DNA from: Collinsella sp.
GTDB taxonomy: Bacteria; Actinomycetota; Coriobacteriia; Coriobacteriales; Coriobacteriaceae
NCBI GenBank assembly: GCA_014871605.1
Contig: WGSQ01000001.1
Coordinates: 1-39,376 of the forward strand
Length of the DNA stretch: 39,376 nt
Direction: 5' to 3'
The stretch's first letter is position 1. Every line of letters starts with the position of its first letter. Positions 9,412 through 19,891 of this stretch are shown one piece after another. A model generated the notes under the pieces. The model saw nothing but the letters and a program-made list of their open reading frames with translations. It was not told the origin of the DNA and did not search any database. A program made the position numbers and the translations under genes.

Positions 9412-10629
9412 TCAACGGTCATCGTCCTTCAGCAAGCGCCACAGCGTTGTACGGCTTATGCCCAGCACCTCCGCCGCACGGGTTCGGTTGCCGTGGAGAT
9501 GATCTACAACCAGATGCGCGATATCTCGCTCGGTATCGGCCAGCGGTCGCAGGATATACAGGTCGCTTTCGAGTGTCGGGGCACCAAAGGTTGCGGTCTT
9601 AATCACGTCCTCTTGGGCGAGCACTTCCTCCGCCACAGCGCGGTCCACCGTGCCCGCCCCCACCAATATATACAGTCGTTCCGAGACCTCGCGGAGCTGC
9701 AGATAATTGCGCGGCCAGCGGTAAGCATCGAGCGTCTTCGTCGCCGCGGCAGACAGCGTGGGCGCTGCCGTCCCAAATGCGTTAGCGAGATATTCCAAAT
9801 AGCGCGCAACCTTCGTCGACGCGGCTCCCTGCTCGGCGATTGCCGGCGCCACGCTCACCGCACAGGCGAAGCGCTCGGTCACAAAGGCGGCTTGATCACT
9901 TTCGCTGCCGCCCGGCATGTCATTCGCCGTCAGCACCACATGGCAGCGCGTCGCCAACGCGGTGTCGGCCATCGTGGAGACCAGCTCGCGGAGGCGCTGG
10001 GGGCCAACCGCGTTCCAGCCCTCAATGCAAAGGGTCAGCCCCGTTTGGAACAGCGGCGATTCGGCGCTTTTGAGCACATGGCGCCAACCACGCTCGGTGA
10101 GCTCATCGAGCGCAACGGAAACAAAGGGCTGATCGGCAAAAGGACCGTCCAGATAGAGGCGCTTGGCGATCTCGACCTGACCCGCTCCCAGCTCGCCCTC
10201 GAGCATAAGGGGCACACCGCGCGCGTAGCTCTCGGCAACCGGTGCAGCTACCGCAGCGGCACCCTCAACGATGCCGTACGCGCTCGATTCGTAGCGGGCC
10301 TCAACTTCGTCGGCGTTGAGCCACTCGATGCCCGCATGCGCCGCGGCACCGCGCACCTCGCGGACCACGACGACCCAAAGGCCCCCGCCCTCTTTGTCGG
10401 TGGGGCGAACGGTCAGGCTCAGGCGCGTACCCGCATGTCCCATAACCAGACGCGCGCCGTCTCCTATACGGTCGAGGCGTTCGGCAATAAAAGCTGCCAC
10501 ATCCCGCTCAAGCGCCGCGTCATTCATGGTCGAGATCGCGACGTCCCCATGCGCATCGATTGCCAATGCCGAGGCCCCGGCGGCAGCTAGGGCATCGGTC
10601 AAGATGTTCAGTTTGGCATTGCTATCCAT
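9412..10629 (-). CDS. Fis-type HTH regulator with a degenerate sigma54-activator-like AAA+ domain
   Basis: C-terminal GNRTRAAEVLGISRTTLWRLLK; YRWPRNYLQLREVSER resembles WPGNVREL; Walker A-like LEGELGAGQ. Start uncertain (frame is open to 10830). Confidence 0.75.
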   Translation of the reverse strand: MDSNAKLNILTDALAAAGASALAIDAHGDVAISTMNDAALERDVAAFIAERLDRIGDGARLVMGHAGTRLSLTVRPTDKEGGGLWVVVVREVRGAAAHAGIEWLNADEVEARYESSAYGIVEGAAAVAAPVAESYARGVPLMLEGELGAGQVEIAKRLYLDGPFADQPFVSVALDELTERGWRHVLKSAESPLFQTGLTLCIEGWNAVGPQRLRELVSTMADTALATRCHVVLTANDMPGGSESDQAAFVTERFACAVSVAPAIAEQGAASTKVARYLEYLANAFGTAAPTLSAAATKTLDAYRWPRNYLQLREVSERLYILVGAGTVDRAVAEEVLAQEDVIKTATFGAPTLESDLYILRPLADTERDIAHLVVDHLHGNRTRAAEVLGISRTTLWRLLKDDDR

Positions 10630-10895
10630 GATTTGCCCCTGTCCGCGGCGACGTGCAACCGCCGACGGTCGCACGACCGAGTGTTTCAAAATTGAACGAT
10701 ATTGCTCACCAAACACTATAGGGCAGAAAGCGCCGTCCTGCGAGTATAGGTGTTGCCCCGCATCGCCATCCTGGCGGGGCGATAAGAGCTCTTCGGGACT
10801 TATAAACCTGCGGACAAGCCATACCCGCAAGAGCTCCTATCGCTCCACCGCAGGCATGCGCTCACCAGCAACCAGCACGCGAATAAGCTACTTCT

Positions 10896-11930
10896 CTACC
10901 AGATTCCCAGCACGTGCTGCACCCCCAAACTCATGCACGCAATGCCAATCCAGCAGCAAAAGCCCAACGCGATGGGCTTGCCGCCCTTTTTGACCAGCTC
11001 GACGATATCGGTATTAAAGCCAATAGCCGCCATGGCCATCACGATAAAGAACTTCGATAGCTCCTTGATAGGTGCCGTAATGGACACGGGAAGCTGAAGC
11101 ACCGTGGTGATTACGCTCGCCAGCACAAAGAACAGCACAAACATGGGAAACGCGCGTTTGAGGGAGAACGTGCTCTTAGCGTCGCCGCCGGCCTTGCGCG
11201 CCAGACGCATCTGCCAGCAAGCAAGCGCCAGCGTGATGGGAATGATGGCCAGCGTCCTGGTGAGCTTAACCACCGTGGCGCTCTCGAGCACATTGGCGCC
11301 GGGATGCATGCTGTCCCAAGCGCTCGCCGCAGCCGTTACCGACGAGGTGTCGTTGATGGCGGTGCCGGCAAACAGGCCAAAGCCCTCGTTGGTCAGCCCG
11401 AGCATGCCGCCGAGCGTCGGAAACACGAGCGCCGCGATAACGTTAAACAGGAAGATGACCGAAATGGCCTGGGCAATCTCGCGATCGTCGGCATCGATGA
11501 CGGGCGCGGTCGCAGCGATGGCCGAACCGCCGCAAATCGACGAACCCACACCTACAAGCGTCGCGATCTTGCCCGGCACGTTCATAACGCGGCAGAGCAC
11601 AAAGGCGATGACAAGCGAGGTCGAGATCGTCGCCACGATAATCGGCAGCGACTGGGCGCCCTTGGACAGAATCTGGGAGAGGTTCATGCCAAAGCCAAGC
11701 AGGATAACCGCGTACTGCAAGACTTTTTTGGACGTATAGGTGACGCCGGCGGCGAGCTGTTCGCGACGATTCTTGGGAAAGACGAGCGCCAGGACCATGC
11801 CAAAGAGGATGGCGAATACCGGCCCACCGACCACCTCAATCTGTTTGCCGAGCAGCGTTGCGGGGATAGCGATGATCAGGCAGAACAAGACACCCTTCCA
11901 GCGCTCGCGTACGATATTTGCCAGGTGCAT
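10896..11930 (-). CDS. YeiH/UPF0324 family membrane protein (putative sulfate exporter family)
   Basis: GSSICGGSAIAATAP, GTAINDTSSVTAA, VKLTR, multiple TM helices. Confidence 0.9.
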   Translation of the reverse strand: MHLANIVRERWKGVLFCLIIAIPATLLGKQIEVVGGPVFAILFGMVLALVFPKNRREQLAAGVTYTSKKVLQYAVILLGFGMNLSQILSKGAQSLPIIVATISTSLVIAFVLCRVMNVPGKIATLVGVGSSICGGSAIAATAPVIDADDREIAQAISVIFLFNVIAALVFPTLGGMLGLTNEGFGLFAGTAINDTSSVTAAASAWDSMHPGANVLESATVVKLTRTLAIIPITLALACWQMRLARKAGGDAKSTFSLKRAFPMFVLFFVLASVITTVLQLPVSITAPIKELSKFFIVMAMAAIGFNTDIVELVKKGGKPIALGFCCWIGIACMSLGVQHVLGIW

Positions 11931-12093
11931 ATGGGATTCCTTCTTTCTCTTTCACGTTTGCGACGGCTTATGATACGGCAACATTGAGCGCAGCCTTGCG
12001 CAAACACAGACTAAGATGCCGCAATAGTTCTCGGGCGACAGCCGAATTACCCACCGCGGAGAGCTGATTCGCGGCATAATTAACAACTGACAT

Positions 12094-12825
12094 ATGAGTT
12101 TGATAGAACAGTTGCGAGGCGCTATGGAAGAATCGATGCACGTCGGCGAGCAGGAAACGAGCCTACAGGACCAGTCCTACCACACCATTCGACGCAAAAT
12201 CGTCTACCTGGACTACAAGCCGGGCGAAAAGCTGGGCGTCAAGCAACTTTGCGACGACCTGGATATGGGGCGCACGCCCGTGCGCGAGGCTTTGGTTCGC
12301 TTGGCGCAGGAAGGCCTGGTGCGCACCGTGCCCCAGAGCGGCACCTACGTCTCACCCATCAACCTCACCCTTGCCGAGAGTGCTTGTTACATCCGCGAGC
12401 ATCTGGAAAAGCAGGTGATTGTGGAGTGCTGTGCGCGCGCCACGTCGGCCGGCATCGAGCAGCTCGACCGCGCCATCGTGCTGCAGGAAAAGGCCATGGC
12501 CGAAGAGGATCGCATCGGCTTCTTTTTGAGCGACAACCTCATGCATCACATGATTTTTAGCATCGCATGTCGCAGCACCGTGTGGTCGTGGCTCGAAGAG
12601 ACCAATGCCGACCTGGAGCGCTTCCGCTGGCTGCGCGCCGCCACGCAAGTTCTCGACAATCAGGACATCGTGAACGAGCACAAGCAGATTCGCCGCGCTA
12701 TCGCCGGTCGCGACCCCATCGAAGCGAGCTTTTTGGTCAGCAAGCACCTGCACATGATGTTCCGCAACCAAACCGAGGTTCTGGACCAGTTCCCCGAGTA
12801 CTTCGAGACCAGCAAGCTCCGCTAA
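12094..12825 (+). CDS. GntR-family regulator (FCD subtype)
   Basis: PGEKL..LCDDLDMGRTPVREALVRLAQEGLV..PQSGTYV, and EHKQI..AI..D..A..HL in the FCD domain. Alternative starts at 12124 and 12136. Confidence 0.9.
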   Translation: MSLIEQLRGAMEESMHVGEQETSLQDQSYHTIRRKIVYLDYKPGEKLGVKQLCDDLDMGRTPVREALVRLAQEGLVRTVPQSGTYVSPINLTLAESACYIREHLEKQVIVECCARATSAGIEQLDRAIVLQEKAMAEEDRIGFFLSDNLMHHMIFSIACRSTVWSWLEETNADLERFRWLRAATQVLDNQDIVNEHKQIRRAIAGRDPIEASFLVSKHLHMMFRNQTEVLDQFPEYFETSKLR

Positions 12826-12882
12826 CCTGCCAAAACCACCACAAAGGGGACAGGCACCTTTGTGCTGGTTTCTCCGTACAAA

Positions 12883-12920
12883 AAGGCCCGGCTCCGTCTG
12901 ATGACGCGGAGCCGGGCCTT
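12883..12920 (-). terminator. Intrinsic terminator of glmS (possibly bidirectional)
   Basis: 14-bp stem AAGGCCCGGCTCCG/CGGAGCCGGGCCTT with an adjacent T run on the minus strand. Confidence 0.7.
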
Positions 12921-12943
12921 GGTCGTTAGAACGGCGGAACCAA

Positions 12944-14791
<1,848 letters not shown>

Positions 14792-15001
14792 AGGATAAAT
14801 CCCTTCGTTCGCGTGACTGCAAGACGTCCACGCACAGGGGGCGCTGAGACGTATAACGTTCGAGTATTGTACTCACGCAAGCGCAAGCTGATATACCAGA
14901 AGTGGTATCTCAACTTAGATACCACCCGATGCACACATGCCCAGCCGGTCCAAACCGCCACAATGGGGACAGGAACCTTTGTGGTGGCCGCGCTGGCAAC
15001 G

Positions 15002-15054
15002 GCGTTTCCCCAGATAAAACCTGCCAAAATAAACCTGTCCCTTTTTGGTAGGTT
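15002..15054 (-). repeat. REP-like long element, copy A (inverted relative to B and C)
   Basis: Reverse complement is nearly identical to 21793-21845 and 19772-19820. Confidence 0.85.
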
Positions 15055-15059
15055 TGGGA

Positions 15060-15093
15060 TGCTACAATCTGGCTTGTACTTGAAACGCATCAA
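15060..15093 (+). promoter_or_regulatory. Extended -10 and LacI-type operator upstream of the lacI-family gene
   Basis: TG-C-TACAAT (15060-15068); imperfect palindrome TTGAAACGCATCAA with central CG (15080-15093). Confidence 0.55.
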
Positions 15094-15103
15094 AGGGGCC
15101 GCT

Positions 15104-16216
15104 ATGGCAAAGGTAAAAATCAGCGACGTCGCGCGCGAGGCAGGAGTCTCGCTGGGCACGGTATCCAACGCGCTCAACCACCCCGAAAAGCTGCGCCCCG
15201 AGACCCTCAAACTCATCAACGACACCATCAATCGCCTGGGCTACCTGCCCAACCAAAGCGCTCGTCAATTGGCAGGCGGCACCACGAAGTCCTTTGGCCT
15301 CGTCCTCCCCCGCCTCGACCACGGCTTTTCGCTCCAAATTGCCAGCGGTGCCCACAACGAGGCGCGCAAGCACGGCTATGACTTACTCATCGCCAACGCC
15401 GACAACGACGATATTCTCCAGGACCATTACCTGCGCTATTTTATGGGCACCCAGATGTCCGGCGTCATGGTCCAGCCCATGGCGTCTCCCGACTGGCACC
15501 CCGCCATGGCCAAGATGCCCGTGCCGATCGTCTATCTGGACATCCACTGTTCCGAACCCGGTTATTACGTGGCCGCCGACAACGAGGCACAGGGGCGCAT
15601 TATCGCCGAGCTCGCCATCGCCCGCGGCGCGCACCATATCACCGTTGTGGGCAGAGCTGCATTTATGCAGCTCACCCTGCGCGTGCTTGGCATTCACAAG
15701 GCCCTTGCCCTGCACCCCGATATCAAGATCGAAGTCATCGACGCCGGCGAATGGAATACCGCTGCCGACGGCTACGGCATCGGTGCCCAAATCGCCGAGC
15801 GCCCCGCGGACGAGCGCCCCGACTTCGTGGTCGGCCTCACCGACGTACTGGCCTCGGGCGTCATCTCGGCGCTGGTCGATAAAGGCATCTCCGTCCCCGA
15901 GCAGGTCCGCGTGGCCGGCTGCGACGGCAATCCGCTCGCCTGGAGCGGGTCGGTCCCACTCACCACGGTGGCACCGCCGGGCTACGAAATTGGCCGCAAG
16001 GGCGTGCAGCTCCTCATGGAGCAAATCGAGAACAAGCCCGCCGCCAAGACCAAACGCGTCCGCATCGGCTCCGCCGCGCGCACCGTCACCGCGGTCACGG
16101 CCATCGAGGACATCAACCGCCAAGAACTCGTGCGGCCGTTCCTGCTGGAACGCGCCAGCACTCAGGCAAGCAGCCAGGCCGAAGCCACCGCCATCAACCT
16201 GGGCGCCTACCTGTAG
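15104..16216 (+). CDS. LacI-family transcriptional regulator
   Basis: KISDVAREAGVSLGTVSNALN..YLPNQSARQL, and VPEQVRVAGCDG in the C-terminal domain. The real start is at 15104, inside the longer tracked ORF. Confidence 0.93.
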   Translation: MAKVKISDVAREAGVSLGTVSNALNHPEKLRPETLKLINDTINRLGYLPNQSARQLAGGTTKSFGLVLPRLDHGFSLQIASGAHNEARKHGYDLLIANADNDDILQDHYLRYFMGTQMSGVMVQPMASPDWHPAMAKMPVPIVYLDIHCSEPGYYVAADNEAQGRIIAELAIARGAHHITVVGRAAFMQLTLRVLGIHKALALHPDIKIEVIDAGEWNTAADGYGIGAQIAERPADERPDFVVGLTDVLASGVISALVDKGISVPEQVRVAGCDGNPLAWSGSVPLTTVAPPGYEIGRKGVQLLMEQIENKPAAKTKRVRIGSAARTVTAVTAIEDINRQELVRPFLLERASTQASSQAEATAINLGAYL

Positions 16217-16260
16217 TAAAAAGCGCCACAGCGGAAACAGCCCCGCTGTGGCGCTTTTTA
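16217..16260. terminator. Intrinsic terminator after lacI
   Basis: 18-bp inverted repeat TAAAAAGCGCCACAGCGG/CCGCTGTGGCGCTTTTTA. Confidence 0.8.
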
Positions 16261-16302
16261 CTGGCCCCACGCCCATTAGCCAAGGCTACAGCTACGGATA
16301 TT

Positions 16303-16399
16303 TATGGAATTCAATCCATATTTTCATGAATTATTTTGATAAAATGGATTCGGTTCCATATTTTTTGTAATTTCATAAGAATATTGATTTTGCTCCAAT
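16303..16399. promoter_or_regulatory. Three phased TATGGA-N6-TCCATA-like palindromes in an AT-rich island
   Basis: Copies at 16303-16320 (perfect), 16343-16360 and 16382-16399. Confidence 0.6.
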
Positions 16400-16424
16400 G
16401 TTTTCAGAACCAGGGAGAGGCTTT

Positions 16425-17630
16425 ATGGATTTGATTGACCGCAAACAGTACCTCGACTGGCTCATTTCGTGGAAAGACTCGCATGTTATCAAGGTCGTTT
16501 CGGGCGTGCGTAGGTCCGGTAAATCGAAGCTATTCGAGATTTACCGTGGTCATTTGCGCGACCATGGAACCACAGATGCCCAGGTTATATCCCTCAACTT
16601 TGAAGATCTGGAGTTCGAGTCTCTTACGTCGTATAGAGCACTCTACGACTACGTTTCCGCCAGACTCGTCCCCGATAAGATGAACTACGTTTTTCTGGAC
16701 GAGATACAGCATGTCGAGCACTTCGAAAAAGCCGTCGACAGCCTGTTTATCAAAGACAATGTCGATCTCTACATAACCGGTTCCAACGCCTATCTGCTCT
16801 CGAGCGAGCTGGCAACCTTACTATCCGGTCGCTACGTAGAGCTCAAGATGCTGCCCCTCTCCTTTAAAGAGTTTTGCTCGGCAAAAACCAATGGCGGAAA
16901 GGCTCCTACCCAGCTGTTTGACGAGTACATCACCCGGGGCTCCTTTCCCTTTATCGCCGAAACGGGTATCCAGGGCTCCCAGGCGCGCGATTACCTTATG
17001 AGCCTCTACGACACCATAGTCATACGCGACGTTATCGAACGCCTGAAGGTCTCGGACGTCTCGACCCTGCGCGATATCACCAAGTTCCTACTCCATAACG
17101 TCGGAAGTCGAATCTCGGTTAAAAAAATCTCCGATACGCTCTCGTCCAACGGCAACAAAACCGACCAGAAAACCGTCGCCAAGTACCTCAAAGGCCTAAC
17201 AGACAGTCTCGTGCTGTATTCAGCGCCGCGCTACAACGTACGCGGTCGACAGCTTCTTACAACAAACGGCAAATACTACGCCGTCGACCTTGGACTTAGA
17301 GGCGCTCTCGTCAAAACTCAGAGCAGCGACATCGGTCATATCCTCGAAAATGTTGTCTATCTCGAGCTCCTACGCCGCGGATACGACGTCTACGTGGGCG
17401 ATATCGATGATGGGGAAATCGATTTTGTTGCCCTAGGCTCAGACGAGACGGCCTACTTTCAGGTTTCAGCCACCACGCTCGACGAAACTACCCTCAACCG
17501 CGAGCTGGCCCCCTTTAACAAAGTCCGAGACAACTATCCCAAGACACTTCTTACGCTCGACACGCTATTTGCTGACGCAAACTACGAAGGAGTTCGCAAG
17601 CGCAACGTAATCGACTGGCTCTTGGAGTAA
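16425..17630 (+). CDS. AAA+ ATPase (AAA_14 plus DUF4143-like C-terminal domain)
   Basis: Walker A GVRRSGKS, Walker B FLDEIQ, ITGSNA, LSGR, KYYAVDLG, ENVVYLEL, EIDFVA..FQVS. Visibly lower GC than neighbours. Confidence 0.88.
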   Translation: MDLIDRKQYLDWLISWKDSHVIKVVSGVRRSGKSKLFEIYRGHLRDHGTTDAQVISLNFEDLEFESLTSYRALYDYVSARLVPDKMNYVFLDEIQHVEHFEKAVDSLFIKDNVDLYITGSNAYLLSSELATLLSGRYVELKMLPLSFKEFCSAKTNGGKAPTQLFDEYITRGSFPFIAETGIQGSQARDYLMSLYDTIVIRDVIERLKVSDVSTLRDITKFLLHNVGSRISVKKISDTLSSNGNKTDQKTVAKYLKGLTDSLVLYSAPRYNVRGRQLLTTNGKYYAVDLGLRGALVKTQSSDIGHILENVVYLELLRRGYDVYVGDIDDGEIDFVALGSDETAYFQVSATTLDETTLNRELAPFNKVRDNYPKTLLTLDTLFADANYEGVRKRNVIDWLLE

Positions 17631-17898
17631 CTCGTAACGTCCAAAGCCCCGCCGACCCCTTGCCAAGGCAGCTGCCTCGGTCGCTTAAAGCACAAAGCCC
17701 CTCTTATCGGCCAAAACTGTAGTCTAGGCGAGATAAGAGGGGCTGGCTGTATCGACGCTTCCGCGCGGGCGTCGTCGTCACCGCTAGCGGCAGACAACGT
17801 CCACGGGCACGTTCAGAATCTTGGATATAGATGCGGCCACCCGGCTAAGCGGTTGGCCGCATCTTTAGAATGCTATTGAAATGGCTCGGGCGCAAACG

Positions 17899-18549
17899 CT
17901 AGCGCACGGCCTTGACCGCCGCCGTCAGATCGAACAACGAATCGAGCACGGCCTCGCAGCCATCTACCACGTCCTGCGGCAGCGGCACGATATCGGGAAC
18001 AGCAAAGACATGGCAGCCGGCCGTGATGCCCGAGACGCAGCCGTTGCGCGAATCCTCGACCACAGCGCATTCCTCGGGGGCAAAGCCCGCGCGCTCGCAG
18101 GCAAGCAGATACATCTCGGGATCGGGCTTGCCGTGCACGACGTCCTCGCCGCAAGTCACCGTCTCAAACTTGTTAAAGAGGCCGACCATCTTAAGGTTGC
18201 GCTCGGCCGTAACGAGGCGCGACGACGTTGCAAGGCCCACGTGATAGCCCGCAGCCAGCAGGTCGTCTATGCACTCGGCAGCGCCGGCCTTAAGCTCCAG
18301 ATCGGTCTTGACCATCTCGTCGCGAATCTCCTTGTGGCGATGATAGAGCGCCTCGGCGGTTTCTCTGCTGCCGTAATGCGCCTCAAGGATGTCCATGACA
18401 TCGGGCAGTGTGCGACCGATAAACTGATGAATCAGCGTGTCATCAATCGCAACGCCCAGCTCAGCAGCGGGCGCTTTCCATGCCTTGATGCCCAGACGCT
18501 CGGTATCGACCAGCGTTCCGTCCATGTCAAAAATAACAGCCTTAATCAT
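17899..18549 (-). CDS. HAD-family phosphatase (beta-PGM/CbbY-like)
   Basis: VIFDMDGTLVDTE, ATSS, GKPDPEMY, VVEDS. Start at MIKAV after GGAGAGGGG. Confidence 0.9.
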   Translation of the reverse strand: MIKAVIFDMDGTLVDTERLGIKAWKAPAAELGVAIDDTLIHQFIGRTLPDVMDILEAHYGSRETAEALYHRHKEIRDEMVKTDLELKAGAAECIDDLLAAGYHVGLATSSRLVTAERNLKMVGLFNKFETVTCGEDVVHGKPDPEMYLLACERAGFAPEECAVVEDSRNGCVSGITAGCHVFAVPDIVPLPQDVVDGCEAVLDSLFDLTAAVKAVR

Positions 18550-18716
18550 ATCGGTCCCCTCACCGGATTGCATTACTGCCACTCTACCGCACTTTACAAA
18601 CTTGTATATAACGTATATAGCATATTGCACTTTCGTTACATAGATAGAAGTCTTATGACAAGCGGCTCGGTAGGATTATAGTTTTCGACCGAGTACTCAA
18701 TGGTAAGGATCGTTTC

Positions 18717-19595
18717 ATGCTTTCAGACACTACTGCACCTGCAGAGGAGCTTCAGGACAAACTCGCGACGCTCGAGCAGTTGCTTTTGGCATACGGACGC
18801 GTCGCCATCGGCTTTTCCGGTGGCGTCGACAGCAGCTTTTTGGCCGCGGTCTGCGCCCGCATCATGCCTGCCAGTACGCTTCTCGTTCACCTCACCACGC
18901 CGCTCATCGGCACGCCCGAACAGACCTCGTTTGAGCGATCAGTTGACGGGCACACCAATGAGGGGCCGCATTTTAAGCTCCCCGTGCTCAATCTTTCGGT
19001 CGATCAGCTGCAGCTCCCCCAAGTAGCCTGTAACGACGCCAATCGCTGCTACCACTGCAAGCACGCCGGCTTTACCGCGATCGTCAACCACGCCAAGTCG
19101 CTCGGCTTTCCCACCGTCATCGATGGCAGCAATGCAAGTGACCGCGGCGACTACCGCCCTGGTATGCGCGCGGCAAAAGAGCTCGGCGTACGCTCCCCTC
19201 TCATGGAGGTCGGCTTTACCAAGGACGAAGAGCGCGAGCTGCTGCGCACATGGGGCTATCCTGTTTGGAACCTGCCGGCGGGAGCCTGTCTTGCCACGCG
19301 CGTCCCCACGGGCGAGGAGCTTACGCGCGAGAAGGTCTCCCTGATTCGCGCCTGCGAGGATTACCTGCACGATCTTGATTTGGCACAGGTACGCGCGCGC
19401 TTGGTCGGCGGCTGCATGCATATCGAGGCCGCACCCGCAGATGTCGCCAAGATTGCCGCCCTCGGCGGTGCCGACGTCGACGACAGGGGCAAGACCCCGC
19501 TGTCCGCCGCCATCGAATCCGCCCTGCGCGAGCTGGGCTGCGGTCATATCTCCCCCGAGGTCACCCCCTACATCCACGGCAACATGAACCTTTAG
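18717..19595 (+). CDS. larE: LarE-like PP-loop ATP-dependent sulfur transferase
   Basis: PP-loop FSGGVDS, RCYHCK, DGSNASD..DYRPG, SPL, ACLATRVP. Confidence 0.8.
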   Translation: MLSDTTAPAEELQDKLATLEQLLLAYGRVAIGFSGGVDSSFLAAVCARIMPASTLLVHLTTPLIGTPEQTSFERSVDGHTNEGPHFKLPVLNLSVDQLQLPQVACNDANRCYHCKHAGFTAIVNHAKSLGFPTVIDGSNASDRGDYRPGMRAAKELGVRSPLMEVGFTKDEERELLRTWGYPVWNLPAGACLATRVPTGEELTREKVSLIRACEDYLHDLDLAQVRARLVGGCMHIEAAPADVAKIAALGGADVDDRGKTPLSAAIESALRELGCGHISPEVTPYIHGNMNL

Positions 19596-19771
19596 GTTAC
19601 GCCGTTTTACAAACGGCGTAACTGCTCGGCGCTGCGCAGGCCCCGGGCACGGCAATCTGACGTTCAACTTCACGGGCGCGACCAAAAGGTCAGCGCCCGC
19701 TTGTTTCACGTCACCTTACCGCACCCGGAGCCTGCTCGCTCGCATATGCTCAACCTGGACTGCGTTAACTG

Positions 19772-19820
19772 ACCTACCAAAAAGGGACAGGTTTATTATG
19801 GCAGGTTTTATCTGGGGAAA
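19772..19820 (+). repeat. REP-like long element, copy B
   Basis: ACCTACCAAAAAGGGACAGGTTTATTATGGCAGGTTTTATCTGGGGAAA. Confidence 0.85.
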
Positions 19821-19891
19821 TATCGCGAGGCAGTCGCCCCTCTAGCACCCATCAAACTTCGAGAGGCACTAGAGGGGCGACCCAGCTGCAT

